Assembly (NCBI GenBank): GCA_044376115.1
Contig: JBILLK010000007.1
Location: forward strand, 1 to 64,000
Source: Polyangiaceae bacterium
GTDB lineage: Bacteria > Myxococcota_A > Polyangia > Polyangiales > Polyangiaceae
Direction: 5' to 3'
Length of the DNA stretch: 64,000 nt
In this document: one piece after another, positions 8,421 to 19,027 of the stretch
Position numbering within the stretch: the stretch's first letter is position 1
Layout: each line of letters opens with the position of its first letter
The notes under the pieces: model-generated
The model's input: the letters and a program-made list of their open reading frames with translations, nothing else
Database searches by the model: none
Told to the model about the DNA's origin: nothing
Position numbers and translations under genes: made by a program

Positions 8421-11400
8421 TCAGGAAGGCCCCACGGCAGCTGCCTCGAGCGTCGCTAGCTCCGCCTGGGCGCGTTGTACGAGACGAGTCGCGCCTTGGC
8501 GCGTTGCGATCGCCACGGCCTCACGCAGCTCCGCCTCGGCCTCGCTCTTGCTGCTCGGACCACCGCGCTTTAGCAGGGCCTTCGCCTTGAGACGGCGAAC
8601 CTCGGACTCGAAGCAGCGCTCATCGGCGCGAACGACATGGTTCGTCGCCGTCTCCAGGATCGCGAGCGCCTCATCGACGGCCCCTCGTCGCAGCTCGGCC
8701 TCCGCCTGCGCGCTGTAGAAGAGGCTCATCGAAGCGCCGGTGCCGATGCCCAAGAGCCCAGCGATACCGCCGGCGAGCTTGGGGATACCGCCATCCGGTT
8801 GACCTTGCGCTTGCATCGCCCAGCCAAGGTTGATCTCGCCTTGCGCGGCCCAATGCGGCATCCCTTGCTCTTGGCCGAGCTTACTGACGCTCTGCGAGTA
8901 GGCCGCTGCGGTCGTGTAGTCGCCGATCAAGTTGTAGTAACTCGCCAGTACGCACTCGACGAAACCGCGCGTGCCTGGATGTTGGTTTAGGCCAGCGCAG
9001 ATCTCGAGCGAGCGCTGTACCGCGGCGTTGGCTGCGGCCTCGTTGCCGTCGAAGGCGTGCACCCAGGTGAGGAAGGCGGCGCACATACCGGCGCAGTCTT
9101 GTCCGAACAAAAAGGCCAGCTGCGAATGCTCCTTCGGATCGTAGACGCGCAGGCCCTCCTCGAAGTGAATGCGCGCTTGCTCGAGGTTTCCGCGCATGAG
9201 GTGCGCGCCGCCGAGGCCGGTGCGGGCTACCAGCATGATGATCGAGAGCTTGGTCAGCTCCGCCAGCTCGAGCAGGCAATCCCCCATTTCCTGGGCGCGC
9301 GGGAAGTTGCCGCTCACTTCGGCCACCGTCCATAGGAACCAGAGCGCGGCGAATTGAAGGTCAGCGGCGTCCGCGCCGGCCTCGGTGCACAGCCGCCAGA
9401 GGTCCTCGGTGTGCGCCTTCACCTCGCTGGAGGCGAAGCCGGTCATCAGCATGATCGGCGCGCCCAGGGTGACCCGCAAACTGAGCTCATTGCGCAACCG
9501 CTCGGGCGTGTTCGGCAGTTGTTCCAAGACGGTGAGGCCGCGTCGCAAGTGGCTGGCCGAGTCCACCAACGCAAAGGCGCCTAGCGCTACTTGCCCTGCG
9601 AGATGCCACTCTGCGACGGCCTCGGCGGCCATGCCGGCGGCGGTGAAATGATGGGCCACGACTTCGGGCGCGACCTCGCTGAAGTCTGCCTTCAAGGTCT
9701 TGGCGATCGCCGCGTGGTAGCTCGTCTTGACGCTGCGTGGCAGCGACTCATACGCGGCCTCCTGCAGCAGGGCGTGTTTGAACAGGTAGCCGCCCATCGG
9801 CGGCTCGCCTTGGGCGTAGATCAGATCGCCCTCGGTCAGGTTGCTGATCTCGCTGGTGAGCGTTGGTTCGACGCTGGCAACGACCTTCTTCAGCAGCTGA
9901 TTGCTGAAGGCGCGTCCGAGCACCGAGCAAAGCTGAATCAACGCTTTCCGCTGCGAAGATACGCGGTCGAGACGCGACATCAGCGAGTCTTGCAGTGTGC
10001 TCGGGATGGTGCCGGAGGCCTCCAGCACGTTGTGCGTCAGCTCCTCGGTGAACAGCGGGTTGCCGTCCGCGCGGGCCAAGATCTTGTCGACCAGATCGCT
10101 CGCGATCGCACGTTCTCCGCGTAGGTTGTCGATGATGCCCATGATCGAGGCGCGCGGCAGCGGACCGAGCGACAGGTCGACTCGGCCGGGGGCTCGGAAC
10201 TCGAGTGGGCTGCGCGTGGTGAGCACGAGCAGTACGGCCTCCGAGCCGATGGCCGAGCTGAAGTCGCGCAAGAACTCAAGCGTCGACTGATCCACCCAAT
10301 GCAGGTCCTCAGCGAGCACCAAAATCGGCTGGTAGCGCGCGAGCTCGAGGAGCACACTCGAGAGCAGCCCAAGCGTGCGGGCACGGCGAACCTGCGGTGA
10401 AAGCGCGAGCGCTGGATAACGGTCGGCCGGGATCGGGATCTTGAGGAAGGCTCCAAGCAGTTCGACCGCGTCGGGTGTGCACAAGCCCAATGCGCCCAAG
10501 CCCGACTCCAGCTGCGCCAGCTGCTGTGCCGGTTCGGAGGCGGCGTCGATGCTCCAGTGATCGGCCAACATGTCGCGCAGCGGGTGCAGCGGGCTGCTGG
10601 TGTGAAACGGTGAACAACGACAGGCCAAGTACACCCGCGAATCGCTGGCGAGCTTGGCGACGAGAGCGGCGGCCAAGCGTGATTTGCCAAGCCCGGCCTC
10701 ACCGGAGATGACCACCACGCGGCCGAGCCCTTCCTTGGCGTTGGCCCAACATTGAGTGAGCGAGGCCAGCTCCGGATCGCGACCGACGATCGGCGTGCCG
10801 ACCAAGCTTCGGATCTGCTCGACGAACAAGGTGACTCGCGCCTCGCGCAAGACCCGCCAGATGCGCCGGACGTAGGCGATGCCTTTGAGCTCGTGCTGGC
10901 CGAGATCTTCATACAGGAAGGCGCCACGCGTCAGGCGCAGCGTCTCATCGCTGATCACCACGCTGTTCGGTTCGGCGAAGGCTTGCAGACGCGCGGCAAT
11001 GTTGGGCGTCGGGCCGATCGCGAGTTGCTCGCTCGACTGCCCGCCGCCCATCGCACCGACCACGGTGGGTCCCGTGTGAATGCCGATACGCACGGCGATC
11101 GTCGTGCCCAGCTTCTGCCCCAAGCTGGCGCCGAGCTTTTGCACCGCCTCGACGATCTCGAGCCCGGCGAGCACGGCGCGACGGGCGTTGTCCTCATGCG
11201 CCTTCGGGAAGCCGAAGTAGACCAAGATGCCGTCGCCCAAGAGCTGGGCGACGTGGCCTTCGTACTTGCGAATCACCGCTTCGGACTCGGTCTGGAAGGA
11301 GAGCAACAGGTGCCGCAGATCCTCCGGATCGAGCCGGCCGGACATCTCCGACGAACCCACCAGATCGGCGAACATCACCGTGAGTTGCCTGCGCTCCGAG

Positions 11401-11645
11401 CGCGTGATGCTCGGGGGTGGGGCGGTGGGCAGCACCAGCGGCGCGGCAACGCTCGCCGCTGCGGGCGCGCTCGCCGCCGAGGCCGCTGCAGCCGGCGCAA
11501 ACGGCGTCGCGCACTCGCTGCAAAACTTGGCCGTGCGGCTGTTGAGCACACCGCAGCTGCCACAGGGCTTCGGCATCGGAGCGCCGCACTCATTGCAGAA
11601 CCGACTCCGCTCCGGGGTCTCAGCATTACAGGCGGGACACTGCAT
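8421..11645 (-). CDS. class III adenylate/guanylate cyclase with double zinc ribbon, AAA (STAND-like) ATPase and TPR region
   Basis: CPAC/CNEC/CGSC/CSEC zinc ribbon; [19 protein letters not shown] cyclase motifs; GEAGLGKS Walker A; EDLHWVD Walker B; GNPLF. Confidence 0.92.
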   Translation of the reverse strand: MQCPACNAETPERSRFCNECGAPMPKPCGSCGVLNSRTAKFCSECATPFAPAAAASAASAPAAASVAAPLVLPTAPPPSITRSERRQLTVMFADLVGSSEMSGRLDPEDLRHLLLSFQTESEAVIRKYEGHVAQLLGDGILVYFGFPKAHEDNARRAVLAGLEIVEAVQKLGASLGQKLGTTIAVRIGIHTGPTVVGAMGGGQSSEQLAIGPTPNIAARLQAFAEPNSVVISDETLRLTRGAFLYEDLGQHELKGIAYVRRIWRVLREARVTLFVEQIRSLVGTPIVGRDPELASLTQCWANAKEGLGRVVVISGEAGLGKSRLAAALVAKLASDSRVYLACRCSPFHTSSPLHPLRDMLADHWSIDAASEPAQQLAQLESGLGALGLCTPDAVELLGAFLKIPIPADRYPALALSPQVRRARTLGLLSSVLLELARYQPILVLAEDLHWVDQSTLEFLRDFSSAIGSEAVLLVLTTRSPLEFRAPGRVDLSLGPLPRASIMGIIDNLRGERAIASDLVDKILARADGNPLFTEELTHNVLEASGTIPSTLQDSLMSRLDRVSSQRKALIQLCSVLGRAFSNQLLKKVVASVEPTLTSEISNLTEGDLIYAQGEPPMGGYLFKHALLQEAAYESLPRSVKTSYHAAIAKTLKADFSEVAPEVVAHHFTAAGMAAEAVAEWHLAGQVALGAFALVDSASHLRRGLTVLEQLPNTPERLRNELSLRVTLGAPIMLMTGFASSEVKAHTEDLWRLCTEAGADAADLQFAALWFLWTVAEVSGNFPRAQEMGDCLLELAELTKLSIIMLVARTGLGGAHLMRGNLEQARIHFEEGLRVYDPKEHSQLAFLFGQDCAGMCAAFLTWVHAFDGNEAAANAAVQRSLEICAGLNQHPGTRGFVECVLASYYNLIGDYTTAAAYSQSVSKLGQEQGMPHWAAQGEINLGWAMQAQGQPDGGIPKLAGGIAGLLGIGTGASMSLFYSAQAEAELRRGAVDEALAILETATNHVVRADERCFESEVRRLKAKALLKRGGPSSKSEAEAELREAVAIATRQGATRLVQRAQAELATLEAAAVGPS

Positions 11646-11731
11646 CAGAGCCTCCGAACCACAGCACGCAAACGGCTAAAGCGACGCACGGAGCCAGCAA
11701 TACCGGTTCATGCCGAAGAGCGCAAATGCAG

Positions 11732-13552
11732 CTACAGCGGGCCGCGCGGAATCGTGCCCTCGAAGATTGCGGCTCGTTGGTCGGCGTCGAAGGGTTGTCC
11801 AAACAAGTCGGGGTCCTGTTGACGCATGCGGAACAAGGTAAGGATGAAGCGCATACGCTGCTCCAGCGAGGCCCAGTCGTTGGCTCCTACCTCGACCTGC
11901 TCTACGGGTGGTCGCGGCGGAATCCCCGAGGCCCGCGCGACCCTGAACTCGATGCCACTGAGCGCGGTTCGCTCGGTCTTCGGGTGAAGAGCGTTGAACT
12001 GCTCGAGCAGGCTGCTGAGTTTCTCGTACCGGATGGTTTGCAGATCTGGCGGAATGGCTGGGACTCCCGGGTCCTGTGGGATCGGGTCTCCCAGGTGCAA
12101 GTCGCCGCACGGCAGCGGCATCGTCATCAGCGCGTTGGTGGCAAAAATCTGCCAGGCCCCACGGAGCTTGCGCGCGAGCGGTAGGAACAGCCGGTCGATG
12201 TTCTCGTGTTTCGATACCTCTGCGCCGACTTTCGTAGCCAGGCCGTGAGCCCACTCGAGCACCAGGTCATCGAAGGGCGCGTCGATGCCGAGGCCGATGT
12301 AGTTCTGCAGCCGCGTCTGCTCGTGCAGCCCGCCGGCGCCGTTGGCGAACAGCAACAACTCCGCCCGCTTCTGTTCGTCGGTCTCGAACATCGCCTCGTA
12401 CAAATGTTCGATCATCGAGCGCAACAAGGCTTGTCCACCCTCGAGCTTGAAGCTGAGGGTGTGGTCCTTCCATTCGACCACATCCGGTGCGACGTCCCCG
12501 TCGTTGTAGCGGCCGAGGAGCTGCGCGAGCTTTTCAGGGTCGCGCGGACTACCCACCGGGAAGGTCTCCACGAAGTCTGCGCAAACTCCGGCCAGCTCGA
12601 GAAACACCAAGGTATTACCGACCATGACGGCCTCTGAGGAGTCCTTGATGATTTGGTCGATCTCGGCCAGCAAGCCTTCGGCGAAGCCCTCGAGGTCCAG
12701 CGCCTCGTCCAGCGCCTCCACCGCCAGCTTGAGCTCCCACGAGTCGAGCAGTTTGCGAAACAGGCTCGGAACCTCATCCCCGCGGATGAATTGCCCAGCC
12801 GTCTTCGAGGCCCAGGTTCCGAGCGTGCACCAGTTCATGTCTTTGGAGCTGGTGCGTGCGCGCAGCTCCTCCGAGATGTCGTGATAGCCCTGGGTGATGC
12901 GCAAGTTGCGCAGCGTGCGCTGCTCGGGGCTGAGCACGATCTTCATCACGTCCTCGGGCGCCGGCGTCTTGCGTGCTCCACCCGGCGCAAAGGAGAGCTC
13001 GCGCCCTTGCACTACCCGCCCCACGTTCTCGATCGAGATGATCCGTTGTTGCAGCGGAGCCGGGCGTCCATCGTTCTCCGGCACGTTGGCGTCGACTGCG
13101 TTGGGCAGGCCCGCAGTGGCCTGCTCGCCGATGATTCGCACCAGCGGCGCGATCAGATTGTTGAGCCAACCGAACGGCCATTTCAGGCTGATCGTCCCGA
13201 TCCAACGCAGCTGCGTGGCATCCCCGTCGGCGCTGAACAGCAGCCGATCGTGGTAGCGGACGAGCGGCGTTTCTCCCTCGATCACCACCTCGCGTTGCGG
13301 TTCGAACTTGGTCACCTCGTAGGGAAGGCTCGAGCTGAGGCGCAACAACGGTGGCAGCCGCTCGGCGATCGAACGCGTAAACGGCCCGCCCTCCATCACG
13401 AACTTGGTGCCGAGGCGCACCGGCCCGGGCGTCAGCTTCTCCGAGCGCAGCGAGCGTGGATCCCACAGCGGGGCGTTACTGAAATCGGTTACGAACTCGA
13501 AGGAGGGGGCGAGCTTGCGCGGCAAGCGAAGGGGAAACTCAAACGTCGGCAT
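11732..13552 (-). CDS. SRPBCC (START/polyketide cyclase-like) domain fused to an uncharacterised domain; paralogue of 14523-15854
   Basis: N-terminal FEFVTDFSNAPLWDP...GTKF is SRPBCC-like. The C-terminal part shares NWCT..WAS..AG, GNT.VF, HEQTRL and DW.SL..RM with the paralogue. Confidence 0.8.
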   Translation of the reverse strand: MPTFEFPLRLPRKLAPSFEFVTDFSNAPLWDPRSLRSEKLTPGPVRLGTKFVMEGGPFTRSIAERLPPLLRLSSSLPYEVTKFEPQREVVIEGETPLVRYHDRLLFSADGDATQLRWIGTISLKWPFGWLNNLIAPLVRIIGEQATAGLPNAVDANVPENDGRPAPLQQRIISIENVGRVVQGRELSFAPGGARKTPAPEDVMKIVLSPEQRTLRNLRITQGYHDISEELRARTSSKDMNWCTLGTWASKTAGQFIRGDEVPSLFRKLLDSWELKLAVEALDEALDLEGFAEGLLAEIDQIIKDSSEAVMVGNTLVFLELAGVCADFVETFPVGSPRDPEKLAQLLGRYNDGDVAPDVVEWKDHTLSFKLEGGQALLRSMIEHLYEAMFETDEQKRAELLLFANGAGGLHEQTRLQNYIGLGIDAPFDDLVLEWAHGLATKVGAEVSKHENIDRLFLPLARKLRGAWQIFATNALMTMPLPCGDLHLGDPIPQDPGVPAIPPDLQTIRYEKLSSLLEQFNALHPKTERTALSGIEFRVARASGIPPRPPVEQVEVGANDWASLEQRMRFILTLFRMRQQDPDLFGQPFDADQRAAIFEGTIPRGPL

Positions 13553-13615
13553 CCGTTGAACCTCGCGCTGAGGGACCTGTCATGAGGTCAATCGGGCACG
13601 CTACCAGCGGAGTCT

Positions 13616-14407
13616 TCAGCGTGGAACGCCGAAGAAGTAGGTGCCCCGGCCGAAGGGCGCAAAGCGGTAGGTGCCGTACTCCCAGCGGAAGCTGTTTCCG
13701 AGCGGCGCAACCATGCTCATCAGCTCGTCCTTGGTGTAGACGCGCAGCGTGCTGACGAGCCCGTCCCAGGCGCCGATCCCGAGGGCGACGGGCGAGAACC
13801 AGGTGAGGGCGGCCTTGGCCAAACGATCCTGCTTGGCGAGCAGCGGATTGGCGAGCAGCGCGGCCAGCCCCGCGGGCGCCATCGGTACGACGAAACGCAG
13901 CGGATTACGCTCGAAGGCCTCCGCTACGAAGATGCCCTTCGAGCCCGCGACCGCGTCGGCGAACATGGCTTTGGCCGCGGCCGGGGGGAAGTGGTGCAGG
14001 GCGTTAATGATCGTTCGTGCGCGGCCTTTGCCGAGCGCCTCGGGGATGCGCGTCGCGTCGACCGACTCGCTCACGAAGTCGATGCACTCCGGGAGCTCAT
14101 GACGAGCCTTTTGCCAAGCCTCGAGCCGCGGGTACAGATCGCTCAGCAGAAAGCGCGGCGGCTGCTTGCCCGCGCGCGCCAACTCGGCCGCGAGGATGCT
14201 TGCGGGGCCGGCCGCGCCTGCGCACAGATCGAGCACCTCGCTCGCGCCGGACTGCTCGAGAAAGCGGCTGAAAGGCGCAACCAGCTCGGACAAGACCCGA
14301 CCCCAGCGCAGCGTGCGACTCAGCGTTTCCACCACCATTTCGCGAATGAACGGCGGGGTCCACTCAGCGTCGTTGAACTCGAACGCTTGGGTTCGGGGAA
14401 GCTCCAT
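13616..14407 (-). CDS. class I SAM-dependent methyltransferase-like protein
   Basis: VLDLCAGAAGP motif I, LSDLYP, VDAT, NALHHF. Confidence 0.8.
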   Translation of the reverse strand: MELPRTQAFEFNDAEWTPPFIREMVVETLSRTLRWGRVLSELVAPFSRFLEQSGASEVLDLCAGAAGPASILAAELARAGKQPPRFLLSDLYPRLEAWQKARHELPECIDFVSESVDATRIPEALGKGRARTIINALHHFPPAAAKAMFADAVAGSKGIFVAEAFERNPLRFVVPMAPAGLAALLANPLLAKQDRLAKAALTWFSPVALGIGAWDGLVSTLRVYTKDELMSMVAPLGNSFRWEYGTYRFAPFGRGTYFFGVPR

Positions 14408-14522
14408 GGCGCGCATGCTACGCGAGGGGTGTGACGGCGGCGCAACTTTGGGGCATCCTGGCGGCTTCGCTCGACCGCCGTCGCAGCGACCGACACTGCA
14501 GCGCGAGCGCGCGCCCAAGAGG

Positions 14523-15854
14523 ATGACCATGCAGACCGCGAACGCCACCACCCTCGAGACCAGCGAGTGGCCCCCGTTGACCTTGGAGGAGCTCGAAAAG
14601 ATCCTCGTGATCGAAGACGACCAGCTGCGCAACCTGCGGGTGACGCTCGGCTATCACTCGCTCTCGCAGCAGCTCGGCGAGGTGCTCGGTTGCGACAACG
14701 CCAATTGGTGCACCTTCGCCGTGTGGGCTTCGCGGCAGGCCGGGATCATCATTCGCGGTGAAGTCGCAGGCATGGCCGCGGTGCGTGATTTCGTGGTGCG
14801 ACGCGATCGCGCGAACGCCCACAAGCCGCACAAGCATCACAAGGCGCCCAAGGTCTCCCCGTTCGCCGAAGAAGCCGCGCCGCCGGGCGCTGCTCCGCGC
14901 GATCCCAAGGATTGGGGCGCGTGGACGCGTTGGCTGCGGCGCGCGCATACGAATCATTGGAACAACGGTCGGGTCGGACCGCTGACGCTGATTCTGCTCG
15001 TGTTCGCGAGCTTCAGCCGCGCCACGAGCCAAGGCAATACCGACGTCTTCGAGGACATCGGTCGGCAGTTTTTGCCCTTCATCAAGCGGCTGCGTCACTC
15101 CACTTCGCTCGAGGATCCGAAGATGAAGGAGTTCCTCTCCAAGCTCAACCCGCTGCCGGCGCGCGACGGTGGTCAGCAGGAGCTCAAGGTCGGCCTCGAG
15201 CAATATTGGAAGGCCAAGCACACGACCGATCCGGGCGAACGCGCGCGGCTGATGCTGTACGCCAATTGCTGCGTTGGTTACCACGAGCAGACGCGCTTGG
15301 ACGACGCGATCAGCCGCGCCGTCGACACGCCGATCGACTACCTGCGGGACGATTTGGTGATGTGGTACACCTACGGCCTCGGCTCCAACATGCTGATGCG
15401 CTCGCTGGTCGGGTGGCCGCTGCACAGCGCCATTCGCCGAGCGCTGATCCCCACTGTCGAGTTCGTGGCTCAGCGCGTATGGCAGGCGATCGCGACGGGT
15501 TGGGTGATGGAGCTCTCGGTGCCGGGAGAGACGTTCACGCTCGGTCGCAATCTTCCGCCGCTCCCAACCGGTGCCTTCCCGGTTCCCCTGCGAGCCGAGG
15601 AGCTCCGGCCGATCGACGCCGACCTCTTCGCGTGGCTCAGCTTTGCTGCGCCCAACCGGCTGACCGGCACTGGGGCGCGCGATTGGACCAGCCTGCCCGA
15701 GCGGATGAACACCATCTGCAACTTGTTCCGCTCGCGTCAGCAACAACCGACGCTGTTCCGCGCGCCCTTCAGCGCCGAACAAACGCGCGTCATCCACCAG
15801 GGCCTGGTGCCGGAGGGGTCGCTGGGCGGGCCGCGGCTCGAACCAACGGCCTGA
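14523..15854 (+). CDS. uncharacterised protein; paralogue of the C-terminal domain of 11732-13552
   Basis: LRNLRVTLGYH, NWCTFAVWASRQAG, GNTDVF, HEQTRL, DWTSLPERM, LFRSRQQ motifs. Confidence 0.8.
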   Translation: MTMQTANATTLETSEWPPLTLEELEKILVIEDDQLRNLRVTLGYHSLSQQLGEVLGCDNANWCTFAVWASRQAGIIIRGEVAGMAAVRDFVVRRDRANAHKPHKHHKAPKVSPFAEEAAPPGAAPRDPKDWGAWTRWLRRAHTNHWNNGRVGPLTLILLVFASFSRATSQGNTDVFEDIGRQFLPFIKRLRHSTSLEDPKMKEFLSKLNPLPARDGGQQELKVGLEQYWKAKHTTDPGERARLMLYANCCVGYHEQTRLDDAISRAVDTPIDYLRDDLVMWYTYGLGSNMLMRSLVGWPLHSAIRRALIPTVEFVAQRVWQAIATGWVMELSVPGETFTLGRNLPPLPTGAFPVPLRAEELRPIDADLFAWLSFAAPNRLTGTGARDWTSLPERMNTICNLFRSRQQQPTLFRAPFSAEQTRVIHQGLVPEGSLGGPRLEPTA

Positions 15855-15900
15855 GCAGCCTGGGCTTGCCTGGCCGCCGCTGACGGGTGAGGCTCTCGCG

Positions 15901-17139
15901 ATGGCGCTCCTCGCTGCTCCTCATCCCGCTCGCGGTCACGTCGCCGAGGGCTATCTTCCGGTGGCCAAGGTCTTCGCCGAGCAGCTTGCGCGCGGTGAAG
16001 AGGTTGGGGCGGCCTTTGCGGTGGAGAAGGCCGGCGAACGCGTGGTGGACCTTTACGGCGGCCTGGCCGACGTCGAGCGCAACCAGCCTTGGCAGGCCGA
16101 TACGCGGCTGGTGGTGTTCAGCGTCACCAAAGGCTTCGCGGCGATGGCGCTGCATCTGCTCGCCGATCGCGGCGCCTTTTCGTGGGATGAGCCGGTCGCG
16201 AGTTATTGGCCGGGCTTCGCCCGAGGTGGCAAGAGCCGCGTCACGGTGCGTTGTCTCGTCAACCACCGCGCAGGGCTGGCGGCGCTCGATCACAAGCTGC
16301 AGCTCGAGGATTGCTTGGACGACGCGCGCTGGCCGTCGGTGGTCGACGCGCTCGAGGCACAAAAGCCGCTGTGGCAGCCGGGCGAGGGCCAGGCCTACCA
16401 CGCGGTGACCTTCGGCCTTTACGTGAAGGAGCTGTTCCACCGGCTTAGCGGCGTCTCGATCGGTGAGTTCCTGCGCCGCGAGCTGTTCGAGCCGGTGGGG
16501 TCGGACGTGTTTCTCGGTACCCCGGCGAGCGAGGACGAGCGCGTGGCAACGCTTTATCCGCCGGAGAATTCGACGCGCCTCAAGCAGCTGGTCAAGACGC
16601 TGATTCTGGCTCCCAATTCGAATGAAGCGCGCGTTGGGCGAGCGTTCCTCGGACGCAAGTCGCTGGTGCGTGCAGCCTTCGGCAATCCGGCGCTCGGGCC
16701 GAGCGGCCTGCTCGCCTACAACGACGTTCCGGTGCGCCGCGGCGAGCTGCCGTGGGCCTCGGCGACGGCCAGCGCGCGCGGCGTAGCCCGGGCTTACAGC
16801 GTGTTTGCGAACGGCGGGCTGCACCAAGATCGGCGCTTGCTCAAGGAGCGCATCATCGCGCCGGTGCACGCGCGCCAAGGCTGGTCCGAGCGCGATGGTG
16901 TGCTGCACAAGGCGCTCGGTTGGTCGCAGGGCTTTCTCAAAGAGGAGCAGGGCGTGTTTGGTCCTGCACCGGAGGCCTTTGGTCACTCCGGGCTCGGTGG
17001 AGCGCTCGGTTGGTGTGACCCGGTGGCGCAGCTTTCGCTGGGCTACGTGATGAACAAGCTGGATTGGCGGGTGCGCTCGCCGCGCGCGATGGCGCTGGTC
17101 AACGCGCTCTATCAATGTGAGCCGCTGCGCAGCTCGTAG
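15901..17139 (+). CDS. serine hydrolase of the beta-lactamase fold (family VIII esterase-like)
   Basis: FSVTK (SxxK), LVNHRAGL, YHAVTFG, FGHSGLGG. Confidence 0.88.
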   Translation: MALLAAPHPARGHVAEGYLPVAKVFAEQLARGEEVGAAFAVEKAGERVVDLYGGLADVERNQPWQADTRLVVFSVTKGFAAMALHLLADRGAFSWDEPVASYWPGFARGGKSRVTVRCLVNHRAGLAALDHKLQLEDCLDDARWPSVVDALEAQKPLWQPGEGQAYHAVTFGLYVKELFHRLSGVSIGEFLRRELFEPVGSDVFLGTPASEDERVATLYPPENSTRLKQLVKTLILAPNSNEARVGRAFLGRKSLVRAAFGNPALGPSGLLAYNDVPVRRGELPWASATASARGVARAYSVFANGGLHQDRRLLKERIIAPVHARQGWSERDGVLHKALGWSQGFLKEEQGVFGPAPEAFGHSGLGGALGWCDPVAQLSLGYVMNKLDWRVRSPRAMALVNALYQCEPLRSS

Positions 17140-17178
17140 CGAGCCCGGCCGCGCGCTCGGCCTGCTACAGTCGGCGCC

Positions 17179-19020
17179 ATGAAGCGCTGGGTCGTTTGGG
17201 GAGCGTGGCTGAGTCTTGGGCTCGCGGCGTGCGGAGATGACGCGGGCAGCGGAGCGAACGGCGGCAGCGGTGGGGCCGGGGGCTCCGGCGGTACGGCTGG
17301 CTCGGGCGGTGCTCCGGCGTGCATCCCTACGGACTGCCCCGACGATCAAGGGGAATGCCGGGTTCCAGCCTGTTTAGGCGACGTTTGCGGCTTCATGGAC
17401 CGCGCCGAGGGAGCGACTTGCAGCCTGGGCGTCTGCAACGCCGTGGGCATGTGCGTGGAGTGCGTCGGGCCGTCGGATTGCGAGGCCAACCAGCTGTGTG
17501 AAGGCAATCAATGCAAGCCGATGTTGTGTGAGAACGGCCAGCAGGATCCGGGCGAAGCCGACGTCGATTGTGGTGGCGGCAGCTGTCCGGCTTGTGAGAC
17601 CGGCGCGGATTGCTCGGTGCCCAGCGACTGCGTGACCAACCTCTGTGTGGTTGGGCAGTGCAGTGCTTGCCCCGAGTTCGACTGCACCCCGGGCGATTAT
17701 TGTGAGGCCGGCGTATGCGTGCCGCAGAAGCTCGGCGGTGAGGCCTGCAGCGGCGTCGCTGAGTGTGCGAGCGGCTTCTGCGCCGATGCCGTCTGTTGCG
17801 ACACGGCCTGCGCTGGGAGCTGCGCGGCTTGCGACATCGTGCTCGGCTCGTGCACGGCGATCGCCGCGGGCAGCGATCCGCAGGACGAATGCTCCGGCGC
17901 GGATAGCTGCAACGGCAACGGCTTGTGCGCCTGCACGGACGGCGTTGAGAACGGCGACGAGACCGACGTCGATTGTGGTGGCGGGACCTGCAGCCCGTGC
18001 CCAGACGGCGCAGGCTGCACGGTCGACGACGACTGCGAAAACCTGTGCGTCAACGGCTCGTGTTTTGGCGCCTGCAGCAACGGCCTACTCGATCTTGGCG
18101 AGACGGCCGTCGACTGCGGCGGTCCAACCTGTCAGCCCTGCGTGGATGGCGCCGCTTGCTTGCTCGCATCGGATTGTCAGAGCGGCGTTTGCAACGGTAC
18201 CTGCAGCGTGCCGAGCTGCATGGACAACGTGCAGAACGGCGCGGAGCCGGCGGTGGATTGTGGTCAGAGTTGCCCGCTTGGCTGCGCAGACAACGAGGCC
18301 TGCGGGGTCGATGCGGACTGTGAAAGCCAGGTCTGTACGCTCAACGCCTGTCAGCCGCCGAGCTGCGTCGATAGCCAACTAAACGGCAGCGAAACCGGCA
18401 CCGATTGCGGCGGCCCGAGCTGCCCGGATTGCGCCGTTGGTCAGGGCTGCACGCTGAACCAGGACTGCATCAGCTCGAGCTGCATCAACAGTGTTTGCGC
18501 CTGTTCTCCCGACCTGCAACCGAGCAACGACGGCAGCGGCGTCAATGGCGCCGTCGGGCTCCCGAGCTTGGTGATGAGCGAGATCGATCCGGGCGCTTAC
18601 ATCGAGCTCTTCAACACAACAAACAGCCCGATCGCGCTCGCGAACACCAACGAGTGGCTGTGCTCGCCCTTCGTCTACGACAAGCTCTCCACCTTGGCGC
18701 CCAACGTGACGGTACCGGCGCGCGGCTACGCCATCATTCCGTGGCCCGCCGCCTTCACCGACCCAAGCAACGCGGGCGGCGAAATGATGCTCTACAGCAG
18801 CGCTTCCTTCGGGACGAACACCGACATCCTCGACTTCATCTGTTGGGGCACGTACGTGAATACGCGCAAGTTCCAAGCTGAGGCGGTCGGAAAGTGGCAA
18901 GGCCCGTGCGACTCGGCGCTGAGCAACGGCGTGATCCAGCGCAACCCCAACAGCGCCGGTATCAGCGCGGCCCACTACAGCACAGCGCTCCCGCCGACGC
19001 CGATGAACTGCGCACCCTGA
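17179..19020 (+). CDS. Cys-rich repeat lipoprotein with lamin-tail-like C-terminal domain
   Basis: Lipobox LAAC; five E(T/A/P)xxDCG(G/Q) repeats; C-terminal LVMSEI...YIELFNTT is LTD-like. Confidence 0.8.
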   Translation: MKRWVVWGAWLSLGLAACGDDAGSGANGGSGGAGGSGGTAGSGGAPACIPTDCPDDQGECRVPACLGDVCGFMDRAEGATCSLGVCNAVGMCVECVGPSDCEANQLCEGNQCKPMLCENGQQDPGEADVDCGGGSCPACETGADCSVPSDCVTNLCVVGQCSACPEFDCTPGDYCEAGVCVPQKLGGEACSGVAECASGFCADAVCCDTACAGSCAACDIVLGSCTAIAAGSDPQDECSGADSCNGNGLCACTDGVENGDETDVDCGGGTCSPCPDGAGCTVDDDCENLCVNGSCFGACSNGLLDLGETAVDCGGPTCQPCVDGAACLLASDCQSGVCNGTCSVPSCMDNVQNGAEPAVDCGQSCPLGCADNEACGVDADCESQVCTLNACQPPSCVDSQLNGSETGTDCGGPSCPDCAVGQGCTLNQDCISSSCINSVCACSPDLQPSNDGSGVNGAVGLPSLVMSEIDPGAYIELFNTTNSPIALANTNEWLCSPFVYDKLSTLAPNVTVPARGYAIIPWPAAFTDPSNAGGEMMLYSSASFGTNTDILDFICWGTYVNTRKFQAEAVGKWQGPCDSALSNGVIQRNPNSAGISAAHYSTALPPTPMNCAP

Positions 19021-19027
19021 GCTCACG

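Noticed and set aside
15901..17139. Beta-lactam resistance gene
   Set aside because: No signal peptide, and the motifs fit cytoplasmic family VIII esterases; resistance cannot be claimed from sequence.
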